A DNA stretch of 62,861 bases, filler included, from Bigelowiella natans CCMP2755 (lineage: Eukaryota; Protista; Cercozoa): assembly GCA_000320545.1 (NCBI GenBank). It is 4 parts of 4 records of this genome, joined end to end, with 100 filler letters (N's around TTAATTAATTAA, not from the genome) between each part and the next. Parts side by side here need not be neighbours in the genome. Positions count along the whole stretch, not along the records: positions 1 to 30,815 come from ADNK01001805.1; 3 more parts are not named here. One strand, written 5' to 3'. This document shows positions 9,890-22,172 of the stretch, in pieces (position 1 is the stretch's first letter; every line of letters starts with the position of its first letter). Under the pieces are notes generated by a model that saw only the letters and a program-made list of their open reading frames with translations, was not told the DNA's origin and did no database searches. The translations under genes were made by a program, and so were the position numbers.

Positions 9890-12800
9890 ATGTCACAGCA
9901 GCTAGAAGAACAGCAGGACTTTGGCTCGCAGGCCGTGCAAGGGCACGAGCAGAAACAGGAAAGGAAGGGCGATACGGACGCTAAGGAAGGAGGAGGAACA
10001 CCTCCACAGGCACCGCCGGGACCAGCACCCGGGATTAAGAAAGCAGATGCAGCAGCAGAGGCACTGGAGAACTTCTACGAGGCGGACGACGAGGACGTGG
10101 CCGCCGAAAGCAAGAAGGTCGTAATGGCATTACGAGCCTTGCGACCCAGGGCGAGCAACTACGCCAAACTGAAAGTATCGATAGAATACAAGTATCAGAC
10201 ACATGATGTTTGGGCAGCTATCATGCAGGACATCATGGATTACGAAGCAGACTTACCTCCAGAGTGGGCAGCTTTGTTTAGGAACGACGGGGGTCTGGGC
10301 GCCTCGCGGGGGACGACCCAGAGCACCGTCAAGCAGCAGCAGCCGGTACAGCGGAACACCCAGTTCATGTCTGTTAAAACAGCACCGGTTATGATAACGA
10401 AATACAACGGGAAAAGAGGTGAGGCAAGGAGGTGGTGGAAGAACGCTAGGAGTATACTCTGCGACTTTACCCCTAACCCCACCGAAAACGACAAGCTCAA
10501 ATGGCTAGCTATAATAAAGCAAGCCATGGACCTTTACGAGACAGGCAGGACCCGGATCAGGCAGCTAGAGAAAATACACACTACAGTTAGTGGGCTACGA
10601 GACGTTGAGGCGATAATGAAGGCTTTTGTAAATGAACAGGATGCTAACTCCCTACCCCAGGCTATTAGAAAATACAGAGCAATGATGCAGCATGAGAGAG
10701 AACCTGTTAGAGACTTTGCCACGCGCTTCCAGGATATGATCGACGAACTACATGATTTTAATTACAACACAGGTGATGATCAGGCAAGGTTTGAAGAGTT
10801 CAAGTTAAAGATAAAGGAATCCACTTACGTTACGGAGAAAGGCTACACCACGATGGAGGCAGCAGTGCAGGCTATATCCCTACGCGAGCAGGAGCAGGAC
10901 CGCAAGTTTACCAGCCCTAAGGTACCTGGCATAGGAAACATTAACGCTATTAAGCCGCAGCGAGACTGGTACAAGGACAGGGAAGGTAACCGACGTTGCG
11001 GATACTGCTCACGTAAAGGGAAACACACCGCTAAAGACTGCAGAGACAGGAAAGAAGGACGACCCAGGATGACGATCAGGCAGCTCAACGAACACTACGA
11101 GAAGTTAAAGAGAAAGAAAGGCAGAGGACAAGGATATAACAACAGCAAATGGCAAGGCAGCAACAACGGGAAGAACAATAAATATAAGAACAAAAAGCAG
11201 AACAGTATCAATGCTATACAGCAGCAGATAAACGGAATATTAGATCACCTTAAGCAGGCGCCGACGAAGACAGCAGTACCAGCAACGCAGGACCAAGACA
11301 AGCCCATGACCCTAGACGACATAAAGAACTTAGGAGTATGCAACATTAATGACGAAGACGCTAACAGGACTATCAAAGTTGCTATGACCAAGGTTAAAGT
11401 TAAAGACAGCTACGGAGACTACAAGAAACTACCTGCCCTTTGGGATAGTGGCAGCATGCCGAAGTCCTTCATAAGCCTAAGCACAGTAAGAAGGTTAGGA
11501 CTATTGGATCAAGTGACTAAGAAAGAACGTAAATATGCTCAAGCAGACGGAAGCTCTTCCATGAAGACCGTCGGTGAGCTAATGCTAAAGCTACAGATAC
11601 CTGGCAGCGACGCGGAGACCCAAATCAAGACCCGAGTAGCCATGACTTTATCCATGGAACTACTCCTCGGACAGGATGCCCTAGAAAAATTAGGGGGGAT
11701 CATATCATTCTACAATCACAAGATATACTTTGCTAAGTTGCCAAAGAAGTCAGGCAGGACCATCAGCCAGAACATGATACGGCTTGACGAGTGGACCTCT
11801 GAGTCAAGCGTTAATGCGTTAGAGTTTATGGACCTAGCGGACAACAAGCTACCTACACCTACCGAGCTACGGAAGAAGAACCCCGGCAAGACCATCCGAC
11901 AGATAACGGAGCTACTGGACAAGACCCCCCCAGCTGATGATTGGGATATCGACAAAGGCAAAAAGTACATTAATAAAATATTAAACGAGAAGTACTCTGA
12001 CATCACCAAGCCGACGACGAAGCCCTCCAGCAAGCTTACCCCAGTAAAGATCGAGCTAAAGAAGGGATACGAAGAGTGCATCATCAATGACCCAGAACAT
12101 AGGCGACCGGAAGCGGACTGGGAAAAGATAGAGTGGCAGATCAATGAATGGGCAAAGGAAGGGAAGATAGAGCCAAGCAACTCACCATGGAACGTGAGAC
12201 ATGTGCTAGCTAAGAAACCTACTTACCCTTTCTTCCGCCTGGCGCACAACTTCATCCGCCACAACCGAGTAATAAAGAGGATCCAGACACCTACACCAAG
12301 GATAGATGACGTTATTGAACACGTCATAGGATACAAATACTACTCTTCCCTAGATAAAAATGAATCATACATGCAGACACCCATCCACAAAACCTCCCGC
12401 CCCATTACCGCGTTCTCCAGCAGGCACAGGAAGTGGCACTTCGTCGTATTCCCTTACGGCCTAAGCATATCAGGGGATGCGTTCAGTAGTCAGAACTACA
12501 GGGCATACACACATGATGGGATGGCGTCTGTGTTGTGGGTGTTTGTGTTTGTGTATGTGGATGATGACATAATATGTACCAACACAGTCGTCGCTCAGAT
12601 CTTCCTCCTGGAAAATATATTTATTAGGTTTGCACACTTCGGTTTTACTATTAGACTGCAGAAGTGTACATTCCTAGCTACAAGAATCAAGTGGTGTGGA
12701 TATTACCTGGAGCAAGGCCGCATCACCCCAAACCCCGAGAAAGTAGCAGCACTACAGCAAGCCCCTAAACCTAAGAATGCAAAGGAGTTAAAGTCATTCT

Positions 12801-14863
12801 TGCAGACTGCAGCTTGGATACTACGTAGGTTCTCCCCTACCTACGCTAGGACTGCAGCTGCTTTTACTACTGCTTACCGGAAGGAGAACTCTGTAGGCCT
12901 CAGCTTCGCTAAGGTGTGGGCCAAGGCTGGCCTTGATGCCCACTTCGATAACCTAATAAAGTTATGCAGCAACACCCTATTGAATGCTAAGCTAGACACT
13001 ACTAGACCAGCTACCCTATGGACAGACTGGTCTAAGCTAGGTATGGCTGCTGTACTTACCCAAGACCAGCAGATCATACGGGTGTGGGGCAGGGCCTGCA
13101 CAGCAGCTGAGGCCAAGTACAGCCCTACAAAAGGAGAGTATAAAGCCATGACTGAGGCGCAGAGGAAACTAAGATACTACCTGCTGTCGGTGCCCAGCTT
13201 CACCTTAATGACTGACCACAAGCCCCTCCTAGGCATCGACCGCAAGCTCGAAGCGCCTAACGATGAGTATGCAGCTATGAGGGCGGACACGGAAGAGTTT
13301 AGGGACAAGAGGACAGTGGTCTACGCACCAGGAGACAAGCAGCTTGCTGACTATTTCAGCAGGCTGTTCGAAAAGAAAGTCCCTACCCAGGTCACCCCTA
13401 TGGTTAACGCGATTACCTTCGAGGACGGCGACTTCCTGCCTGAGCCAGAGGAGCTCCAGCACCTTCAAGAACACCTGGATAAATACAAACACAAGCATGA
13501 GGTACTTAGTGATAGGATATATGTATACACTAATAATGTTAGGCGTACCTACGTGCCACGGCGGACCAGGGGAGCCCTTCTCTTTACCGCCCATGGACCT
13601 GCACACGTAGGAGAAAACCATATCACTGCTCTACTCTACCATTACTACTGGCCCTACAAGCTAAAAGAGATAAGGACATACCTGCGTGGCTGCAGGTGCT
13701 CCAGCTTGAAGGCGGCAGGCGTCGCCACCAAGGAGTCCAGCAAGAGCCGTGCATCTAAGAAAATCAAAGCAAGGAACTTCTTAGATATCGTGCAAATTGA
13801 TGTTTATAAGTACGATGGCTATCACTACCTTACCTTCGTTGATGTGGCCACTGGAAAGTGCTGGGTTAAAAAGATTATCAAGGTCAACGTTGCTAAGAAG
13901 AACAAAGGCTTATATAAGCAGAGGCTTACTAACTGCTACCGTACCTGGGAGTCTGAGCTCCAGGCTATCCCTGATGAAGTTAGCATAAACAAGATACCAA
14001 AGAAGTTACATGTGGATAATGAGACCTCTCTTCTACAGCTACCACACCCTAATATTGATGCCTCACCTGTATACTATGCCCAGTCCAACTCCAAGGTAGA
14101 GCGACTCCACCGCACCTTGGCCAACCTAAGCAGGATAAATAGCACCACACCAGACAAGATACAAGGGTTAGTAAACGACACCTTCACGTCTGGGGGAGGT
14201 ATCAAGGATAAGGAGAGGGAAGAAGGCGACGACAACGACGACGATACCGAGAGCGAAGACGAGAAGGTCCCGTACGATGGCCGAGTTCTAAAGGAAGGAC
14301 AGTATGTTAGGGCCAAGGTAAATCTGAGATCGAGAAATAAACAAGACCCCTTCTGGGGTGGCGTTGCAAAGGTTACCGAGAGGAAGGGGAGGAAGCAGTA
14401 CTACATCTATGATGGGAACAGGGTCACCTTGCGCCACATCAGTCACCTAAAGAATTATGATATCGGTGAGAAGCTCCTAGAGGATGTTAAAGTAAACCCT
14501 ACTGTGTGGGAGCGAGCAATGCCTTGTTTAGGACCCCGACCTAAGTTCGATGTGGAATATGGAAACAATAAGGTCAGGGTGAACGACGATTGGCGCATGA
14601 AGATTGTCTATCTAGGCTACCCTGGATTACGAAATATGGAGAGGGTAGCTATGAAAATAAAGGACGGAAAATATCAGCTACTCTACCTAGCTGTTCCCGA
14701 CTTACCCTTTGAGCACTGGTATAAGGTCCTGGGGGACCTTGATGCAGAGGGCTGGTATGGACACGAACCTAAGGACGAAGGTGAGTTCTGGGTAAGCGAC
14801 AAAGGAGATAAGGTTAGAGAGGAATCTATTACCTGGTGGTTGGTGAAGTTCCGAAAGCGATGA
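9890..14863 (+). CDS. Gag-Pol polyprotein, 1657 aa (gag, Zn knuckle, aspartic protease, RT, RNase H, integrase, SH3/GPF-like module, Dam-like C-terminal domain)
   Basis: Motifs: CGYCSRKGKHTAKDC; ALWDSGS; YVDDDII; LWTDWS...EYKA...TDHKPL...ADYFSR; HGPAH...CRC; VQID...HVDN...VERLHRTL; DPFWGGVAKV...RHISHLK. Confidence 0.96.
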   Translation: MSQQLEEQQDFGSQAVQGHEQKQERKGDTDAKEGGGTPPQAPPGPAPGIKKADAAAEALENFYEADDEDVAAESKKVVMALRALRPRASNYAKLKVSIEYKYQTHDVWAAIMQDIMDYEADLPPEWAALFRNDGGLGASRGTTQSTVKQQQPVQRNTQFMSVKTAPVMITKYNGKRGEARRWWKNARSILCDFTPNPTENDKLKWLAIIKQAMDLYETGRTRIRQLEKIHTTVSGLRDVEAIMKAFVNEQDANSLPQAIRKYRAMMQHEREPVRDFATRFQDMIDELHDFNYNTGDDQARFEEFKLKIKESTYVTEKGYTTMEAAVQAISLREQEQDRKFTSPKVPGIGNINAIKPQRDWYKDREGNRRCGYCSRKGKHTAKDCRDRKEGRPRMTIRQLNEHYEKLKRKKGRGQGYNNSKWQGSNNGKNNKYKNKKQNSINAIQQQINGILDHLKQAPTKTAVPATQDQDKPMTLDDIKNLGVCNINDEDANRTIKVAMTKVKVKDSYGDYKKLPALWDSGSMPKSFISLSTVRRLGLLDQVTKKERKYAQADGSSSMKTVGELMLKLQIPGSDAETQIKTRVAMTLSMELLLGQDALEKLGGIISFYNHKIYFAKLPKKSGRTISQNMIRLDEWTSESSVNALEFMDLADNKLPTPTELRKKNPGKTIRQITELLDKTPPADDWDIDKGKKYINKILNEKYSDITKPTTKPSSKLTPVKIELKKGYEECIINDPEHRRPEADWEKIEWQINEWAKEGKIEPSNSPWNVRHVLAKKPTYPFFRLAHNFIRHNRVIKRIQTPTPRIDDVIEHVIGYKYYSSLDKNESYMQTPIHKTSRPITAFSSRHRKWHFVVFPYGLSISGDAFSSQNYRAYTHDGMASVLWVFVFVYVDDDIICTNTVVAQIFLLENIFIRFAHFGFTIRLQKCTFLATRIKWCGYYLEQGRITPNPEKVAALQQAPKPKNAKELKSFLQTAAWILRRFSPTYARTAAAFTTAYRKENSVGLSFAKVWAKAGLDAHFDNLIKLCSNTLLNAKLDTTRPATLWTDWSKLGMAAVLTQDQQIIRVWGRACTAAEAKYSPTKGEYKAMTEAQRKLRYYLLSVPSFTLMTDHKPLLGIDRKLEAPNDEYAAMRADTEEFRDKRTVVYAPGDKQLADYFSRLFEKKVPTQVTPMVNAITFEDGDFLPEPEELQHLQEHLDKYKHKHEVLSDRIYVYTNNVRRTYVPRRTRGALLFTAHGPAHVGENHITALLYHYYWPYKLKEIRTYLRGCRCSSLKAAGVATKESSKSRASKKIKARNFLDIVQIDVYKYDGYHYLTFVDVATGKCWVKKIIKVNVAKKNKGLYKQRLTNCYRTWESELQAIPDEVSINKIPKKLHVDNETSLLQLPHPNIDASPVYYAQSNSKVERLHRTLANLSRINSTTPDKIQGLVNDTFTSGGGIKDKEREEGDDNDDDTESEDEKVPYDGRVLKEGQYVRAKVNLRSRNKQDPFWGGVAKVTERKGRKQYYIYDGNRVTLRHISHLKNYDIGEKLLEDVKVNPTVWERAMPCLGPRPKFDVEYGNNKVRVNDDWRMKIVYLGYPGLRNMERVAMKIKDGKYQLLYLAVPDLPFEHWYKVLGDLDAEGWYGHEPKDEGEFWVSDKGDKVREESITWWLVKFRKR

Positions 14864-14906
14864 AGGTCTAAGGGAATAAGGAAGGAAGGAAGGAGCAACG
14901 TGACTT

Positions 14907-14914
14907 GGGGGAGG
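14907..14914 (+). promoter_or_regulatory. Polypurine tract
   Basis: GGGGGAGG immediately 5' of the 3' LTR. Confidence 0.85.
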
Positions 14915-15240
14915 TGTAGCGCGTACCACTACGCGGGCACAAGTCACGTGCGACAACAAAGGGGTTGTCGCGGATATAGAATATAGATAACGTAGATATT
15001 AATACAGCATAGGCACGTGGGTTCCGGCGGGACTCATGGCAGCACACCGGAAGTGTGCTGCCCCACGTGCGGCGGCATTCGCGAAAGCTTCGCGAATGAT
15101 TACGCAGTGCACGATTTAATAAAAATATAATCTTTAATAAAAATAAACACAACTCTTCAAAAGGAAGCAAACGTGCCTTTCCCCCCCCCTGCCTACTTGT
15201 GCACGTAGCGCCTCGGCCTGTGAACACCTTACGCGCAACA
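14915..15240 (+). repeat. 3' LTR
   Basis: Matches 9525-9850. Confidence 0.97.
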
Positions 15241-16299
15241 AACAATGAGACAGGAATGACAAACACGATTCCCACGTTCCCACACGCGTGCTCACAACGC
15301 AAAGTTGACGCTGCGTCAGAGTTCCCATGCTTGTCGCACTGCATTTTCTTCGGTTGTTGTCAAGGAAATCGGAATGACACGTGGCACTTGTCTCAGCTCC
15401 TGGAAAAGGGGTATTTCCTCATTGCGACGTCAAAAATTCATTGTCGCAATGTGAAGTTGTACTGCACTATCCAGGAGCTATTCGGACAGATGGCTGCCAC
15501 TCGACGACCCCACGTCGCCGCGCTTGCCGTCCTCGGCGCTTGCCTGCTTTTTCTTCTCCTGCAGTGTGCTTCGCCTGCACCTGGGAGTACACTTGCGGGT
15601 ACGGATCACTCTTTGGCAAAATGCTTCTTCTGTCAAACGCTAGAAGCGACCCTGAATTCATCGATTTGTTTGCTCTGTTGTGGTTTTCCTCGAATTCCAT
15701 GCAGGTTCTAGATTGGCCAATGGTGACACTTCGCTCACTAGAATGAGCCATTCTTCGATTACGCCAAGGAGTATCCCTTCAACTAGGGCGACTCCTATAG
15801 CTTTGAGCAGGTCAGGACAGCAGCGAAGGCGATAAGTGTGCGATTAGTTGAATCGATATGAGTAGTAGGAAAATCTTACTGATGTTGTTCCTGTTGTTAT
15901 AAGTTGCATATCAGTCGTGGTTGTGAGGAAATCGTACATTCGAATTGTAATGAATTATGCTTGTCCATGGTCTGATCAAAATGAGCTTGAGGACCCATGT
16001 TCTGGGATAATTTACATGACTAATTCACCCAATCTGATATTTTTCCAAGGATGAAAGAGTACCTCGGAGGAACACGACGCCGCATGCAGACAAGTGCCGC
16101 TCATGTAAAATAATAAACTTATTGTACTGACCACGTCTATTTCTCTTTCTCTCTCTCTCTCTCTCTCTCTGCCCCCCCCTTTTTTTTTTATTTTTCTCTC
16201 TCACTTTCATGCTAAGAAATGTTCTTAGGGAGAAAGAAATGTTGACGGCCACAAATGCGATGTCGTCTCCATAACCATTTAATGCCAAATTATTCTCAG

Positions 16300-17378
16300 A
16301 AAAACGAGCAGCATTATGAAACGGATGGAGAATTCCCTAATAAAGACGTCCATCGCAGGCGATCTGCTGGTTTAGCAGCTGCTGTTGCTGCTGTTTCTTC
16401 CTCTCTCATGCTACCTGAAAAGTCAACGGCTGCTGATTTCAGCATCGAAAGTAACACTGATAATTTTGTATGTATTCAAACCACGAGGGCTCTTTTGTTC
16501 GAGTTGCTGCTGCTTACAGCTATCACCATCGTCTGAAACCACATGAAATACAATGCAACTGTGCGCACTCAATACACCCCGTTCTTTCTCTACGCAGAAG
16601 TTACTGAGACGATATCGAAGCTGTCAGACACCATGGGGTCGCTCGCCCAGCTTGTGGATCCGATCACAGTAAAAAACCAGCCAATACATTTCCCAAAATC
16701 CACCTCAATTGCGCGCACGGGTCGATGGCCGCCAGTACCGCTACCACAATCGCTAGATGAACATATCAGTCAGATTTAAGGCACAACTTTGTCATTATTT
16801 CTAACCCCCTCCCCTTCCCCCCCCCCCCCATCCCCCTTCAGTCGAAATTCACCGAGCCTATAAGCAATGCGCTGGCCAATCCTGCCGTTGGAGACCTCGG
16901 CATTTTCCTCACCAAAACCGTAATCTCGTGGGGAGTGCCTACTGCTGCTGCCGGCGTGCTTCTCTTGCTGGCAGCTCCGAAGTCTAAAGGCGCAGATATG
17001 GTCGCTTGCAAAAATGGCTGCCGTCAACGAATGCTCTCGCATATATGCGTTGTGTTGTGATGATGTGCCGTCCTTCCCCGAGGAGCGTGTGTGGTGATGA
17101 TGCGTGTATGGTTTTGTGTGTGTATGTGTGTGTGTGTGTGTGTGCAAAATATCTATCTATCGCAGAGTGATCTAGACGAGGATGGCTCCGGCGGTTTCGG
17201 CGGTTTCAACCCGTTTCAGAAGCAAAAGAAGGTATGAACATAGACAGCATTGCTTCTCCTCCTTCTCCTCCTTGCAAGGTTAAGTATCATACCTCAAGGC
17301 GAGGGGTGGCAGATGGACACATACATTGGAATGTTCGACTCTTCGTTAGAACCGTCGTTGCTACTGCTACTGCTACTG

Positions 17379-17417
<39 letters not shown>

Positions 17418-17773
17418 TTTATCATTGCAAGACTTATTCATTGTATCTATCTGCGTAACCGCTAATAGCTACCATTTGGCGATATCGCGTCGCTCGAATG
17501 TCCTCTTCCTCTTCCTCCTCCTCCTCCTCCTCCTCCTCCTCATCATCATCATCATCGTTGTCGTCGCAATTTTTCACACACATTGCCTGCTTCATTTCCG
17601 TCATCACCACTACCATCACCACCACCATTAGGAGCCCAAGCAGTATCTGAAGATCGAGCGGGTGAATGATAAGCTTGACTCTTTCCGCTTTAGCCTTACA
17701 AAGGCCACTGATAGCAGCGCCAGAAGAGCAACAGCTGAAAGAAATCGCGCCGCGTTTACGAAAAGGTTATATA

Positions 17774-17812
<39 letters not shown>

Positions 17813-18719
17813 TTACGCGTGCGCGCACACACACGCACGCATACACACATTCGCATATCCACACAAAATGAGAGTGTGCCTCTCCCACACTATCCTACAT
17901 ACGCTGCTGCTGCCGCTGCTGCTGCACTAATAGTGACACTAATGGTAATGACTACATTGGCATTGCTACCTTGCTGTAACTAACGGCTGCTCGCACTATC
18001 ACTTCCGCTGCTGCAACGAACCGTGCATGCGAAACAGGTACGGAAACTCTCTTCTCCTCTCCCGTCTGAGCGACACACAAGTCGATAAGATAGCGAAGGC
18101 TGATGCAAAGTATCAAAAGGCTCAGGCCAGGCTACAGGAGCAGATGGCCAAGATCACTAGAGAAATGCGAAGTGCGGCCTCAGAAGCCGGGGAAGCTGAG
18201 GTGCTAAAGCTGTCAATATGCTGCACGCGACATTTTACTTTATCATATTTGAATTCTCTCTCTGTCCCCCCCCCCCCCCCGCCTGTGAGCGAAATCATTG
18301 CGCACAGAGTAAGTTCCTCCCGCCCTTATTTGTATCAGGGCGACTCATCCTCCTCCTCTTCCTCCTCCTCCTCGATGATGAAGAAAATGCAGCTCAAGCG
18401 CAAATCAAAGGAGCTGCAGGCAAAGCAAGCGTCTGTACTCTCGGCCTACAACGAGGCCGAAACCGAGTTCATTCGCAAAGTCTCCTCGCAGCTGAGTGAG
18501 GACGGTACCATCATGCGGAGCGCTTCTGCGTCGTTCGAATGCCTGTCTTTGCAACGCTTTTTGAGGACAGGGCCTCCTTGGAACTAGCCGCGTTTTTTGT
18601 CTGATTTTTCCCGTGTGATCGCTGTTCTAAATATGTAGGCAGGAAAGAATTCACTCAACTGCTGAAAAAAGCCGATATTGGGTGGCAAGATGGTACTTTT
18701 ATCCATGGCGAACCAATAC

Positions 18720-18762
<43 letters not shown>

Positions 18763-18801
18763 GAGAGAATATAATATAATATAATGATATATGTGTATGT
18801 G

Positions 18802-18840
<39 letters not shown>

Positions 18841-20398
18841 TTTAACTAATAGCACACACAGTAATCACAGCAACACCAAATCGCAGGTATCAGCGGCCTT
18901 TCGCTCGCCGAGAAGGCCGCGGCAAAGTCGCAGGTCTTTGTCCTCAACTTCCCGGGAGACGTCACGGCGTCTCAGGTCAAGAGTCTTCGTCAAGAGGTCG
19001 GTAGTAGACCGAAGCGACGAGAAACCTCGCGCTCTTTATGTATTCTTGCGCTTCACACCGCCATAGCTATTTTCCATCTTGAAACTCGTTTTAAAGGTGA
19101 CTGCTATCATTCGTTCCGCCAACGCTACAAGGGGCGATGAGGTGTTGCTTGTCCTCAATACGGGGGGAGGTACTGTGACTGGGTATGGTCTAGCTGCGGC
19201 TCAGCTCGTACGGGTGAAAGCAGCCGGGCTCAAGTTGACGATATGCGTTGAGCAGGTGGGGGGGGAGGCTATGGCGTCTTAGCCTAGAATGTGGAGGGTG
19301 GCTGGCGTGTTTGTATATACACCGTGCGAGAAGCGTGCCGACATTGTTAGATTGTCTTGGGGGGGGGGGGGTGGGTTTATGTAGTCTCCCTCGAAGGCAT
19401 TGCTTTTTGCAACGCGGTATTCACGAAAGCGGGGCACCGCTGCTGCACTATGCTTGCTGCCGTCGACGGCGTGCATTGCGCATAGATTTCCCTGGTGAAC
19501 AACTGGAGAGTATCTGTGCGGGGAAGATACGAAGAGAAGACCTGCCATTCGGTGGCGGCGCTGCGATGCGAATATGCTACCAGTCCCCCAAAACACCGTG
19601 AATCACGAAAAGTTTGTTTTTGGTTCGCGTTGTTTATTTATTTATCTATTCATTTATTGCACCAATCAGGTAGCGGCGAGCGGGGGCTACATGATGGCCT
19701 GCTGCGCAGATCGACTCATCTCCTCTCCTTTCGCCGTGCTGGGATCGATAGGTGTGATCACGCAACAGCCAAACGTTTACGACCGTCTTAAGAAGGAGGG
19801 AGTCGAGTTCCTAACGGTGATACTCTATATTTATTTATCAATTTATAAATATATAAATTATATATATATTTTTAATGTTTGTTGTGTTGCGTACTTGTGT
19901 ATGTGTGTGGTATGTGAATCGAAACATGTCGTTTTTCCCTTCTGCTTCCTCTTCCTCTTCTTCTTTCTCCTCTTCTTTAAAAACAATGCGTCTGGCCTAA
20001 TGAGTTGTATGTACTCGGCGAATGGTGCCTCGACTCCGTACACCGTCTGCGCATCGTACCCAAAGGTGACCGCTGGGAAGTACAAGCGCACGCTGACACC
20101 GTTCAAGAAACCTACTGAGGAGGACTTCGATAAGACGAAGGAGGATCTTGAGGCTATTTGGACGCTCTTTAAGGACTTTGTCAAGGAGCAAAGGTTGGTT
20201 TTGGCGATGAGAGTAGTCGTGGAAGTAGTAGTAGTAGTGCTATCAGTTGTTGTAGGAGCCGTGAGCTCGTTGCCTTGGTTCCAAGGGATAGAACAGTGCG
20301 AGTTGCGACTGGTTGTGTGAAATGGAAGAAGCATCGATGTCCTCGCCTTAAAAGAGTCAAACCGAGAGGATCTCGAGCAGCATTCCGTCTTACGCCGT

Positions 20399-20434
<36 letters not shown>

Positions 20435-21160
20435 TTATTTATATTTACATATACATGCCAACTCATAAGCTCCATTCTCTTGCTTTTCGAATCAGGCCTA
20501 AGCTGGACGTTAGCCTTGTCGCGACAGGAGAAACTTGGTTCGGGAAGGACGCGCTTGAGCGAAATCTCGTCGATGAGCTCAAGACGACCGATGACGTGTT
20601 GCTCGAGTACCTTGATGAAGGTGGGTGGTCAGGGCCGTTAGCGTGCGGAAAGCTACCGATCGATTTCTTCCCCGTTTTTTGAGTAGCATGTGCGCCAAAA
20701 CTGTACGGCGGCACGGGATCACCATCGGCACCTTTGTTCCGCCATCGCTCGCGAGTGGCTGTGCTTTTTCGTTTTTGCGCTATTCGTTTTACTCCTCGTC
20801 GAGGCGAGTCTGTCCTTTTCTCATAAAAGCGCCCTTCCGGTTTTTTCAAATAATGCAGGAAGAGATATATACTCGGTGAAGTACAGCGAGCCGCAAACAA
20901 GCCCTCTAGGACAGCTGCTGCCATCTGCTACTGGTGGGGGCGGTCTTCGTGCATTAGCCATGGCGTGGTTGTTTGGAGATCAGGTTGTGGGAAGATATGT
21001 GAACGACAGGGCGACATCGGCTGGTGGGCTTGCGGGGTTGGATGAGTACGAAAGGATGATGATGCTGAAGAACGATGATCTTCAAGCAGGCGCGAGGGTA
21101 GGTAACGAGCATCTTCTCGTTGACCGCACGAGTGAATCGACGTTCTTCATGGATAAGTAG
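16300..21160 (+). CDS. Peptidase S49 (SohB/SppA-like), multi-exon, 5' end uncertain
   Basis: Exons give RVFVLNFPGDVTASQVKSLRQE, EVLLVLNTGGGTVTGYGLAAAQL, VAASGGYMMACCADRLISSPFAVLGSIGV, TAGKYKRTLTPF and VATGETWFGKDALERNLVDEL. Confidence 0.92.
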
Positions 21161-22124
21161 CGAGGTTGACGGTCTCTCAGAGGGCGAGCATCTTTGTATT
21201 CTCTGAATGCTGCTGACATAGCTGTTGGTTATGTTTGAAGAGTCACAAGTTATATTTAGTGTTCACAATGAGGATTCTAGCGTTTGTCTGTGCATGCATG
21301 CCCCAGAGCGATGACAATGTGCACTGCTGACTTGCACTGCATGCGTGCGCTTGAACTCCGCCCGCTTTTTTGACTCATCAGCCATCGGCGTGCGCACACA
21401 GCTCCGATCCATGCCAGCATAGCTAGACAGCTTGACAGCCTGTAAGTGTAGCACATGCTCCACAACTCCTAGCCATTTGCAACAGCCCACAGGCTCTCCG
21501 TAGCACATAGGGCTAGCTCTTGCATTTCATACGACATTCAGCTACATAGCTAGCGCGCTAGCACCGCACATGCTACACATATGTGCTAGCATGTGTCTCA
21601 TCTAGTGATGTGTGACCGCACTAGCTAGTAGCTGTAGCACAGTGCATGACGTAGTCTAGGTAGTGAATGACAACAAGGCCCGCCGCCATTCCTGCATTGC
21701 ATTCTAGATTACTACATTGTACATGATAGACATGCAACACACAATAGATTGCTATGTGCATGCTAGATTGCTACTACTAGATTGGCGGTCACAACAATGT
21801 TACGTTTGTTGCCATCATTGCACATCACACACAGCTAGACAGCTGCTAGAGCTATCTAGCTATAGCTAGCTAGACAGCACTAGAGCATCTAGCTCTAGAG
21901 CTGATGACGTACGCCGAAACGTTAATGCACCTTCTTGTACATACAACAGCTAGCCGTGTGAGCGGCGCGTCACGCACGGCGATGCAATCGACGACCTAGC
22001 TAGCTAGGTGGCCAGCAGTCATATCTTCACATCTAGATGTGCGCATGTGCATCTACTAGACATATGTACGGCCAGCGGTTATTTGCCGCAAGCTATTGAT
22101 TGATGGTCTGTGTGAATCGCACTT

Positions 22125-22172
<48 letters not shown>

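Larger units (their letters stand above)
9525..15240 (+). mobile_element. Intact young Ty3/Gypsy LTR retrotransposon
   Basis: Two 326-bp TG...CA LTRs with no difference found by eye, a 4-bp TSD AACA (9521-9524, 15241-15244), PBS, PPT, and a single gag-pol ORF in PR-RT-RH-IN order. Confidence 0.97.
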
